A DNA stretch of 63,989 nt, the filler included, from Phoronis australis (lineage: Eukaryota > Animalia > Phoronida), in assembly GCA_002633005.1 (NCBI GenBank). It is 5 parts of 5 records of this genome, joined end to end, with 100 filler letters (N's around TTAATTAATTAA, not from the genome) between each part and the next. Parts side by side here need not be neighbours in the genome. Positions count along the whole stretch, not along the records: positions 1 to 9,947 come from NMRA01000425.1; 4 more parts are not named here. One strand, given 5' to 3'. Both the position numbers and the translations under genes were made by a program. Shown one piece after another: positions 1-10,047 of this stretch (position 1 is the stretch's first letter; every line of letters starts with the position of its first letter). The notes beneath the pieces were generated by a model. That model searched no databases. It was not told the DNA's origin and saw only the letters and a program-made list of their open reading frames with translations.

Positions 1-420
1 CAGTAGCCTGCATCAGAGCTTTCTACCCTCCGCCAGGAAATGAGGAAGACTTTGAGTTCCAAGGATTTTCTTAAAAATTTCACCCATTTATAGATATCAA
101 CAGTTGTCTTAGCCCTGGAATGCCAACTCCTCCACATGACCTATGTATTCTGTTATAAAAACGTGTGACTCGGGGACTAGTTTTATGTAATTCAAACGAG
201 TTGTAAAAATTTGTAGTGACAAATTCCATAGAAAGATCAAACATCGTAATAAACGAATGCAATCGCAGTGCAACCTCAGCGGTATGAAATTGAAGTAGGC
301 ATTCCATGAATAGACTTCTGTGGTTTCAGAATGGTAAATAATTGACACAGCGAGCAGCATTTATTGATGCTCATCAATCTGGTTAAACTTATGGTTTACC
401 TAGGTAAACAGAGGAATTTG
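1..420 (-). pseudogene. Possible decayed Harbinger (DDE_Tnp_4) transposase helix-turn-helix region
   Basis: Frame-hopping fragments IRLLR..NLSLQ / FELHKTS / VFIT resemble the Harbinger HTH segment. It lies downstream of the THAP relic on the same strand. Recognised by eye only. Confidence 0.3.
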
Positions 421-1100
421 TCTCATTGGTGCCCAGTTTGTGTGCTTGAAGCGAACACATTGAACAGTATGGCTGTTACATAAAAAATTGAAAGTTTTGA
501 ATCTGGGCCATAGTCTGAAGTCGAGACTGAATCTTCTGCCCTCTTCTTATACAGTAGAACTCTCTAAATTGGTAGCACTTCAGTGGGAACTTTAGAAAGG
601 TTAGCATTAATTCCGCAGTAACGCCTCCAAATAACTCAAACTTTGATGAAATATCTCAGTGTCACTGGATACAACTTAGCGAGTTCTACTGTAATTCAAT
701 GAGAAATCAAATAACACGAGACATCAACTACTGAATCTCAACCCAAAAGCTCCAGTATGCAATAGCTATAGATGTCTATGACATGGTGTGAAAACACAAA
801 AAGTATGCACATGAGTAGGAATTGGGAAATCTGGAGGGAGTGCTTATATCACTCACTCAAAAATTCCCAAGACAGTGTTCGAATTCTGTGCAAGTGATTA
901 TTCTGTGTACAATTTAGATGAGATTGTCGCACGAAAAGACTGACGACCCAAACAAGTACCTTTTCACCCCCACTTAAGAAAGTCTTCCTTTACCGATCCA
1001 CTGTATGGAACAGCAACAGTTTAGTGCAAATCAAATATACTTAAAAAAGCTATGCCGCAATATTTATAGTCATTGTATTGAAAAACCATTGAAATGTTTC

Positions 1101-1248
1101 CAGGTGCGGATCCCGGATTTTGAGTTAGGGGGTCCAGGGCACGGTATTAGCCAGGATTTTGCCCGTCAGACATTTGCACCCCCAAACAGTCAAATGGAAT
1201 CTGGGAGAATTTTAGGGGGGGCATGGCCCCCCTCTAAATCTGCCACTA
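1101..1248 (+). mobile_element. Short MITE with 5-bp target-site duplication
   Basis: Ends CAGGTGCGGATCC...AATCTGCCACTA, flanked by GTTTC on both sides. A partial inverted copy lies at about 38078-38167. Confidence 0.6.
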
Positions 1249-1450
1249 GTTTCAATGTAAGAACATAGTATATCACTGGGTTTATCTATACAAATGGGAC
1301 AGTCAAGTACCACACGCAAAAGCTTTTCACAATTTCCACTATTGGTACTATAAACACTCTGGCATTGCTATCTGTACCACTATCAAAATTTGATCTAAAA
1401 CATTGGTAGTGACTGTTAAATATGTGACGGAAAGAAATTCCAGTGCTGTC

Positions 1451-1800
1451 CATTGACAAAGCACCAAGTCTGAATTTATCAGTGCCACGGCATCCTCCTT
1501 GGACACATCTGGAGCACCAGCAGTCGGCATTGGAGGGACATCAATTTCTAAGCGAATTTTAAGATCTCCAGCTTCTCTTTTGTTCCGCACTAAGTGGAAG
1601 GTGTTCTCCTTTCATTTACATACTCNCATTGACAAAGCACCAAGTCTGAATTTATCTGTGCCACGGCATCCTCCTTGGACACATCTGGAGCACCAGCAGT
1701 CGGCATTGGAGGGACATCAATTTCTAAGCGAATTTCAAGATCTCCAGCTTCTCTTTTGTTCCGAACTAAGTGGAAGGTGTTCTCCTCTCATTCACATACT
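1451..1800. repeat. ~175-bp near-identical tandem duplication joined at a single N (1626)
   Basis: cattgacaaagcaccaag...catactc occurs at 1451-1625 and again at 1627-1801. Confidence 0.85.
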
Positions 1801-2238
1801 CTGAAAAGCACAACAGCGGCAATTCAAAAGTAAAAAAAACATTTTGAATCTAGAGTTGTCCATGATTAAAATAAAATACGATGATATCTAATTGCAAGTT
1901 TTCGCCTCCTTTTATAACCTTTAAGCAAATGCCAAAACTAGATTTTAATCCTGTTTTTTTAAACAGACTACTTTAGTAATCAAAACCTTGGAATTGAGTT
2001 ACCGTCCTGTTTTACTTTATTCATAGTCTGCATTCTTTTCAAAATACATGCATCTTTTGAGATCAGATTTATTTGCTATGGCTTTTAGGTTTACTGATCC
2101 ATTTATAACTAAATCTTTCACGGAAAAACAACAGATTTTAAACACTTGAGAACTACGGTGATTGTGAAAAAAGATATTGTTCAGCCACTGCGAAAGCGTC
2201 ATGAATTATTAGACATCAAAATTCTCAAGGTAGCTTAC

Positions 2239-2486
2239 CTTTTTATAAGACCAGCTTTAACCTTCATGATGTGTTTGTCGTCAAAGTAGCTGTCCTCAAA
2301 ATGGTCGGAGCATATTTCGGCTCCGACAGATGGCTGACTCGACAGTCATTTTCAAAAGACGAGCTGAGCACACGAAAACCTGCCATAACGCAGCAAGATG
2401 CTTGTCTTTTTAGAATTTAAATGGGCTCATGCCTTCCACCTGGGTGGTGTTAAAATAGTTAGCACACACACACACCGATGCACCAT
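2239..2486 (-). pseudogene. Decayed THAP zinc-finger exon, probably transposon-derived
   Basis: Across frameshifts and a stop it reads MVHRCV/CANYFNTTQVEGMSPFKF*KDKHLAALWQVFV.../QPSVGAEICSDHFEDSYF, matching the THAP C2CH pattern (FPKD, W, CSxHF). It ends at a gtaag donor. Confidence 0.7.
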
Positions 2487-3034
2487 AGCTAAAACACGCC
2501 AAGGTTGAACGGTCTTTGTTCTTCGTGTACTGTGATATAATAGCAGTGAACTGCTTTTTTTGATATGATCTGGTTTGTGTTCCCCAACACCATGTCACGG
2601 TGTCAAAGGTCAACTTTTCGCGCATTTTCTTATCTTCGCTTTTTTTTAAATAACTAAAGATACAATAATACGATGATTTGAATAAAATACATCCAAATAG
2701 CAATACCTTGAAGATATTATTGCAATTTAACATACTTGGACCTTGCAAATTACACTTTAAAGATACAAGTTTGACATGCAATTGAAATTGACTGAAGTCA
2801 ACCCAAGCATCGTGTATATTTTTGCTCCTCAATGGCTTTGAAAAACTGTCTTGAGTAGCAATGAAAATTATAGTTGTAAATTCAATCAATATCTTTTGGG
2901 AAAAATTTCAAAAAGCTTGAAAATTCATTGGATGTTTTTGGGACGCAGTTGGAGATTTTGAGGGAATAAAATATTCACCTCCTAAAATTTACCAGTGGAA
3001 TATATAACACAAGTATTATATTCAAGCACGGCCG

Positions 3035-3040
3035 TTTATT
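3035..3040 (-). promoter_or_regulatory. Likely polyadenylation signal of the lectin gene
   Basis: AATAAA on the minus strand about 100 nt downstream of the stop at 3139. Confidence 0.5.
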
Positions 3041-3138
3041 TCAACATTGTCTTTAATAGTACGTAAATTTCATCAATGCTTTTCAATACATAATTGAGTA
3101 CTTTTTAAGCCATGACGTAGACGCCGTACCATTTTGAG

Positions 3139-3230
3139 TTAAAGTTCACATATGTAACGGGCTTTGTCGCTGCACCCCTTGCTTTCCACGTTCTGGTTAC
3201 TGGGATTGAAGACCGTGCAAGCATTTCCGT
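3139..3230 (-). CDS. C-type lectin gene, last coding exon: C-terminal half of the CTLD
   Basis: tcttttacag|AC GGA AAT GCT TGC... reads (D)GNACTVFNPSNQNVESKGCSDKARYICEL*. It supplies the last three CTLD cysteines and the YICE motif. Too short for the ORF track. Confidence 0.85.
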
Positions 3231-3304
3231 CTGTAAAAGAGCCAAAGGTCACGTGGTATGAGTAATTCAGTAACATTCAAATGCTTGAGTTGCCGATTAC
3301 TTAC

Positions 3305-3319
3305 CTGAAAACACTACAT
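3305..3319 (-). CDS. Putative 15-nt micro-exon (DVVFS) of the C-type lectin gene
   Basis: ag|ATGTAGTGTTTTCAG|gtaagt has a consensus donor and is phase 1-1. It leaves a 74-nt intron to the last exon. Confidence 0.45.
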
Positions 3320-4037
3320 CTCTTGGTGTTGGTGAAAGAAATATATATATTCATTAGAACAAAATTTTAGTTCGAGAGAAGTTCTTTTGTTTTGCGTCAA
3401 CCAATATTTCGAGTATAGTGGAGTATTTGTGGTTATTCGCCTGTGCGACCCTAGCGGAAGTTTTATTCAGACATTCACTAGACTTACATACGACGGATTT
3501 CGGGAGGCAATGTCCTACCACATTGGAAGGACCAAAAACAAACGCGACCGACATGTCATTTGTATGCGTTACGCAAACATAAACCTTCAGAAATTGTCAT
3601 TCGCTCACCCCCACCCCTTCCCCCAATCCCATCATTCATACAACTTTGAACTGCAAAATATCAAGTTTAATACAGAATATGTAATTAATTTTACTGGTCC
3701 TAAAAACTAAGCATGCTGTGTATGTTGATGTACACTGGACGTGATTCATGAAGAGGACTTTTTCATTATTTCAATTTACAATGCTGTGGAAATGTATGGT
3801 TAGCTATTTAGCAATTTGTGATAAATGCAGAGCAAATTTCTTGTCGAACGACTACACTAAAAAGAATACAACTAAAAGTACATACTCAATTCTGTTTATT
3901 TAAAAACGCAGCTTTATTTTAAAAGAACGATGCTACTACAGTTTGTTTGTTACACAGTGTTCGAATTAAATATTCAGCTACAGGGCCGACAATCTATAGG
4001 AGTCAAACTTTGAAACGAGGAAAAGGTAAATTCTTAC

Positions 4038-4568
4038 CAACAACATTCCACACCTCAACGTCGGTCCATTTAACACTCCTTCCACAGCTGAGTGTGCCCT
4101 TGTAGGAGGCATGATGGCAGTAACCGTTAGACGGAAAGTACTCGTTGGTGCTGTCATACGAGTAGCTACTACTGAAGAACATCAGGTCATGACCCCCGCC
4201 AAATGCTGGACCCTTGTGGTAGAAATCGGACATAGCGTGCGTTTGATAATTGCTGTTTATGCTGTATCTGACTGATGTGCATCCTTGTCTGCACAGCCGA
4301 AACACGAAAGCGTTGCTGTCCTTCTTGTAGTCGTTGACACTTGTCCAGGAGACAGAGGCATAACCACCGAACGTGGTTCCGCTCGTTGAATCTTTCCCAA
4401 TAGAGATGGTTGGGCCCTTATTGTTGCATCTGCTGTGAAACACTGAAGCGTTCATAGCATCACGTGATGCCCTGTACAGGAGCTTGAATGTCTTTCCTGG
4501 GAACCATTTTTCCAGCAAAGCTACTTGGTCTGTAGTCAATAGGTTTGAACTAACTATGGCTCCCATGT
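4038..4568 (-). CDS. 531-nt phase 1-1 exon encoding a complete TLDc domain
   Basis: TLDc motifs FKLLYRASRD, FHSRCNNKGPT, FGGYASVSW, DSNAFVF, GPAFGGGHDL and DVEVW. Acceptor tttgaattttag|AC ATG at 4568; donor GTT G|gtaag after 4038. Confidence 0.9.
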
Positions 4569-4971
4569 CTAAAATTCAAACGTATCATAGGTGTATCATC
4601 CGTGCTTCCAAGGTGACACAGTAATTTTCGGTATTGCAATTATAGCGAAACAAGAAAAATGGTAGAACCCGAAATATCAGTTTACACCATTTTTGTCCCA
4701 GGAACATGTTAAAAAGTAGCCGAAATGAAACGCGAAAACTGAGGAGTTTATTCCTCAACGATACTGGTAAAAATTACAGACAGTTAACAGTTCCTTGACT
4801 GAATGAAGCGTAAAATAATATAGTGTATACAGCTAATCTGTGTTGTAAGATGATAAGATTTTGAAATAAGCACAAGTGTTCACTTGGTGGTCATGCATCA
4901 TGAAGAGCCGAAGATTTCTTTTACTAAAATGCTTCTGAAAATTTGTCATTTACTGCCTTTGGTATTAATAC

Positions 4972-5572
4972 CTTTTTCCGAATCTTTTCCAACAGCCCAT
5001 ACGGTGTCCCCTTTTTTCAGCGATTCTTGACCAAGGAAGGATTTCAAACGATGAGAGTCCAAAGGAACTACGTGAGAATTGTCTTCAAGGCATTTCCTTT
5101 TTGCGGTTCCCCAATCCACTGAAACGTTGCTCAGTTTGAAACACGAATGTCCAAAGTAACGATATTGACTTGGGCAGTATAGTTTACTTAGAATGCGCTC
5201 GAATGAGGATGATGACATTTGTCGTTGGCGAATCACCTCCTGTAGTACCCCGGTAGCATTAAGTAGTGAAAAGATATTGCGTAACTCTGTGTGAAAGCTA
5301 TTCATGGTTCTTAGAACCTTTGACTGAAAGTCTCGGTTCTTAAGTCGTTCCTCGCCGCTTTTGTTTAGCATTTCTTCAAGTTCCGATTGAAAGTGAGTTA
5401 TGGTTTTTAGAATGGTCGATTGGAAAATCCGGTTGCTTTTTTCTTGCTCTTTCAATAAAGAGATTACGGATTGTTCGAGAACAGATCTCTTCGCGGCAGC
5501 CGAAGTCGCGTGGAGACACGTGGCTTCGTGACACAGCACTACGATGACTATTACGAGATTAACAGTGAACAT
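4972..5572 (-). CDS. C-type lectin gene, coding exon 1: signal peptide, coiled-coil neck and N-terminal half of the CTLD
   Basis: The ORF starts with hydrophobic MFTVNLVIVIVVLCHEATC, has a heptad-like neck, then YCPSQYRYFGHSCFKLSNVSVDWGTAKRKCLEDNSHVV...VWAVG (CTLD C1-C3 and a WIGL-like motif). Phase-1 donor AAAG|gtatt after 4972. Confidence 0.85.
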
Positions 5573-5841
5573 TTCTACTCATGGTTTTATCGACAAGCAC
5601 ATCTAGGCAGTTTCACAACACCAACGGGCAACAAATGTCCTCAACTGGAGATTGTCAAAGTGATAGGAACCTACGTGTACCATCCTTTTATAATGTGAAC
5701 GTTTGTGATAAGAAAAATATTTCCCTCAAGGTGATATTTTTCTTCAGGCCCATAGCCAGGGGGGTTTAGGGATTCGATCGAACTCCCAACACTGAAAAGG
5801 TCCAGCCCCAGCCCATCTGTTAGAGATATGATATAGATGGA

Positions 5842-5882
5842 CAACAACAAGAACAACAACAACAATAGCAACAGCAACAACA
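5842..5882. repeat. (AAC/AGC)n microsatellite
   Basis: acaacaacaagaacaacaacaacaatagcaacagcaacaac. Confidence 0.8.
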
Positions 5883-6107
5883 AAATTATTGCAGTTACTG
5901 GTACTACTAACTACAGTTATAATTAAGTCTAAAGAATTTGCTTCTGATTGAAAGCGCTTCGCATACTCATCGGACCCTACATGGCCCCAGGGCCCAATTT
6001 CGCCCGAGTGGTGTTTTGGTTCTTGCAGACATTAGAGGAGGCTTGACATCACTCGTTGGCATTGAACGTGAGTGGCTGTTACACCGTTATCGTCGATATT
6101 ATCTGTC

Positions 6108-7494
6108 GCCAAATGGGTGAATGTTAAGCCGTCAAATTATGTGTTATTAAGTTAATTCTTGTTAGAGACGTAAAGTAATTATTTGCGTAGTAAAGTAATT
6201 ACTTGCAGAGTAAAGTAATTATTTGCGGACTAAAGTAATTATTTAAGACTTAAAGAATTAATACATTACGGCGTAAAGTAATTATTTGCGGCGCTTAATG
6301 TTTCTTTATGCCGCAAATAATTACTTTGTCCCATACGCGTTGAATCTGTCGAGGGAAATACGGCTATGTAATAATGTTTTCCGTATTCACCTCCCGCACT
6401 ACTTCAACAGCGACCTCTGACACTGAAGGTTCAAAAAGTAGGTCAATGTCGAAATCGACGTCATTAGCCCGGCGGTTAGATCATCAAATTTTCGGAAAAT
6501 AGCTTAAAGTAATACAATTGTAGCAGTGTAAATACCACTCAGCATGCAACCAGATCTCAATCGTAACATCTGGAACAGGACTGTTAATTATATGACAGTT
6601 CTGTCTCAGTTTTCAATTTCTATATATTATATCGTCAGCAACTCAGGCACCGATAACTCGCCAATATCAAACATTGTTGTCACTGGCCATGACAGCACCC
6701 GATACTATCGGCGACAGTATAACACGAGCAGCAACGACGACCGTGCTACAGAATCCGTAGCCAGCCAGATAGCGGTATGAACACACTGTCGTATATTTAG
6801 TATACAGCTTTGTACCAAGGCTACAGAATCCGTAGAAATGCGACAACGTACCTGCAACAACGCTACAACAGGCACATTCGCCGGAGCTGTCGTCAACGGT
6901 GGCACTTTTAACTTCTTCGTGAAAACAGACGACGTGTAGGCTACGCGCTCCGGTCAATGTCCTAGTTTCATGAATGAATGCAGCTACCCGATGAGGATTT
7001 TACAATGTTATAAATATTCTTGTTATTTATTTATTTTCGAAATGCACAATAACTGTCGTTTTCACACTTTTTATCAGTTTCAAGTAATAAACTGCGACAT
7101 TTAAAACTGTTTTCTTTTACTATAGTAAGTCAGCAACACAACGCACACGTACATACACAACAGGTTGTGATTCGCCACCTAAACAGTGAGGGTGAAGTAT
7201 TTATAAAATGCCGAAAGAAAACAAAAGAAACCAACGAATTCGATGCGTATCGGATAAATACAAAACGCACCTCGAGTGACGTATATGAAATGATATTCCA
7301 CTCGACATTATTCCGCGGAATAATGTCTCGTGCGATATTATTTCATGTACGCCACTCTCGGCACGTTTTGTGTATTGATGCCGCAAATAATTGCTTTAAG
7401 TCGTAAATAATTACTTTACGTTGCAATTAATTACGCCTCCAACAAGAATTATCGTTCACACGTAATTTAACGGCGTAACGTTCACCCGCTTGGC
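6108..7494. mobile_element. Non-autonomous DNA transposon with terminal inverted repeats and subterminal 20-bp repeats
   Basis: The left end gccaaatgggtgaatgttaagccgtcaaattatgtg...aattcttgttagag matches the reverse complement of about 7435-7494. TAAAGTAATTATTTGC units repeat at 6171-6290 and are inverted at about 6310 and 7380-7420. Confidence 0.75.
7254..7379. repeat. ~125-bp imperfect palindrome
   Basis: Centred on gacattattccg|cggaataatgtc, with arms pairing out to about 60 bp with mismatches. Confidence 0.8.
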
Positions 7495-7558
7495 CAATGA
7501 TACACCATAGGGTATCAAGGAAGTTTAGAAGTAAATGTCTATGATTACATGAACTTAA

Positions 7559-8676
7559 AGGAGCATGCCACCCAAAAAACAACCTAATTTGTATCAATTT
7601 AGATCGAGTAGTTCTACTCCATAACGACAAGTGCAGTTGCGTTACCTGACACCTGACAGCAGACGGAGGTGTTGAAATTATCCAATTACGTCATCGGTTT
7701 CACACGCATTCTGTACAGCAGTTCACAACAGGGGTTACTGGTGTCAGCTTATCGCTTGGAATCATCGTTTAGCACCAATAAATCATCGAACTTCGATGTA
7801 AAACCCTTAAAATACACCGAGTTCTTACAAAAACGTGTTCTTTTATTTCGCTCTTACGGATTTATTGGTATTTGGACACACCGTAGCCTACAAAGTTCGG
7901 CAGGCCAATAACAGGTCCGTAGCAGGAGTTTGGGGTGTGTTCGGAGATAATCTCGAAGTATTTTCCGTGAGATACAGACAGGGGAACCTAGATCTGTGTT
8001 GTTTAGACTTGTGATTTTTTGAGTTCTAAACACAAAACGCTTGTTATCCCGGCCAGTGGCTCAGAAACTGATCAGACATCACGAACAAACCAGCCAAAGT
8101 TCAGTGGAAACTTAACTTCCAGTCAAGAAAATACTATACTAGTGAGCCAAAGTAATGTGCACGTGATTATGTTGGTGAATTAGCCACGAAACTGCAAATC
8201 TACTTGCTCGCCGGGGGGCCGCGACTTCAGTTCCGCTTTGGCCACAGCACCGACAGGGCAGAAGTTGTTTGAGTAATGTAAATGTAAATAAAGATTCCCC
8301 TAACATCTGGTCGTGGGGTGGAAATCGAGTTGTTTCACAACAGTTTCTGCCAGCAAACACTAAATTAGCATGAGCTCACACGGCCTTGCGGTGTCCCGTC
8401 AATTAGTTTTATTGCACCTAAAGCCGGTAACGCAGTGATTTATTCATTGTTGGCTTCTCGAGGATGCTTAGTTCGGACAAGCGGGAACGATACACCGCAA
8501 CATAGCGGCATTCACTCTGCATATGAACCACTGACGTCGCTAGCGTCGTTTCTCACCTTCTTCACAGGTTAACGCGACACCTCTTGGCAAGGTAAGGTGG
8601 ACCGTGTGCGAGGCGATGTGGAAATAGACCGATTAAGACGGCAAAAAAGATTAATTAAATCGGGTGGCATTCGCCT
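7559..8676. mobile_element. Kolobok-like non-autonomous DNA transposon
   Basis: TTAA|AGGAGCATGCCACCC...GGGTGGCATTCGCCT|TTAA: 15-bp imperfect TIRs starting AGG, with a TTAA duplication on both sides. Confidence 0.7.
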
Positions 8677-9008
8677 TTAAGCTTTAAAGCAGCGAAAGAG
8701 CTCTCAAAAAGTAATGTGGCGTGAATGTCTTAAAATCGACCAAGAAACAAAACAGCGGAAAATATGATTGTTTTCTGCTATTTTGATATACTTGCTAGCA
8801 TAGTATGGTATTGTGCAGGCATTTCAAATGTCGAATTGACGATGATCTTAAATATCCCTACTTCGTATTCTTTTAAAGGATACTAAATCCTGTGATAATT
8901 CCACCAATTCTCGTTCTGTCACCTGCTAATGCATCACTGGCGTCAATCTCCCAAGTTAAAAGAATTCCAAATCCGATTTTGTCCTGTTAACAGATACTAA
9001 AAAACGAG

Positions 9009-9516
9009 TTTCCCATTCAGTTCTCTAAAACAAATTAATGTTCTGTAACGGCTCGACAACCCTCTAAAATTTTGAGGAAAAATAGAAAATTCCTTACAAA
9101 TTCTGCTGAAGGGGCAAGCATGACCTACACTGTTGGCGAGTTTGCGGCAACTGTGAGAAAAGACCACCCACCAAGGACCATAATGTCCATTTCGTGAGAT
9201 AGTGGGTATGAATTCTTAGTTGGTTCCTGCTTTATCTTACAAGATTGACGCCAATGATGCATCAGCAAGTGCGAGAACGAGGATTGAATGAAATCATCAA
9301 AATAGGGCTTAAAGTTCTTCTTAAGAAATGAATCAATTGAAAATTCATAAACCCCATGTCACACGTTGGACAATATGGTCCTTGGTGGGTGGATTTTTCC
9401 GACAGTTGCCGTGTAATTCGCAAAAAGCGTCACGCTTGCCCGTTCAGCCAACTTTGAAAGGAGTTTTCTCAGCAAACTTTTGAGCGTTGTTTTGTTTCAG
9501 AGAACTGAATGGGAAA
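9009..9516. mobile_element. Foldback/MITE with long (~190 bp) imperfect inverted repeats
   Basis: tttcccattcagttctctaaaacaaa pairs with tttgtttcagagaactgaatgggaaa, and ccacccaccaaggaccata (9165) pairs with tatggtccttggtgggtgg (9375). Confidence 0.75.
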
Positions 9517-9947
9517 GTCAAAATTCAAATCTGGTTTTGATATCTTTTTAAAAATGCAAGAACGTAATTTTCCGTATTCGTAAGTCATGCGGGCAATTTC
9601 GTATGCGCATGAAAACAATAGGTCCCGGAAGTTGTTTTCAGTCTAGGTACAGCGCTCAATGCATCTAATAACCGAAGTATAGTTTACTTTTACATGCATT
9701 TCCAGCGGTATAAGTAACACGCAAAAATACAACCAGATAAAAATTTCGTTAAGTCATTCTCAGACTAAAGAATTCCGTCTGATTTGAAAGTGTGGCCAAC
9801 AGTAACGCGAGAACGTTCTCTTTCTGGACCACATTACTTATCCGAGTTTGACTCACATTCTTTACGAGCAACCGTCACGGCATGCATATTTCCGTCTCAT
9901 CTCAAGAACAAAGAGGTAAGAGTTATCGTTGAGTATACAGATTACCT

Positions 9948-10047
9948 NNNNNNNNNNNNNNNNNNNNNNNNNNNNNNNNNNNNNNNNNNNNTTAATTAAT
10001 TAANNNNNNNNNNNNNNNNNNNNNNNNNNNNNNNNNNNNNNNNNNNN
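9948..10047. other. Artificial 100-bp spacer with six-frame stop linker
   Basis: N run, TTAATTAATTAA, N run. Confidence 0.95.

Noticed and set aside
1451-1800. Tandem duplication as a biological exon duplication
   Set aside because: The copies are joined by a single N, the signature of unmerged overlapping contig ends or alleles.
2410-2889. 159-aa minus-strand ORF as a gene
   Set aside because: It starts at a non-ATG codon in AT-rich sequence, and only its last residues overlap the THAP relic.
6171-6290. Regularly spaced 20-bp repeats as a CRISPR array
   Set aside because: The variable part is only about 4 nt, there are no cas genes, the context is eukaryotic, and the units are mirrored at the other end of a TIR element.
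9992-10003. Recurring TTAATTAATTAA as a biological motif
   Set aside because: It is always centred in N runs totalling 100 bp, so it is a synthetic linker.
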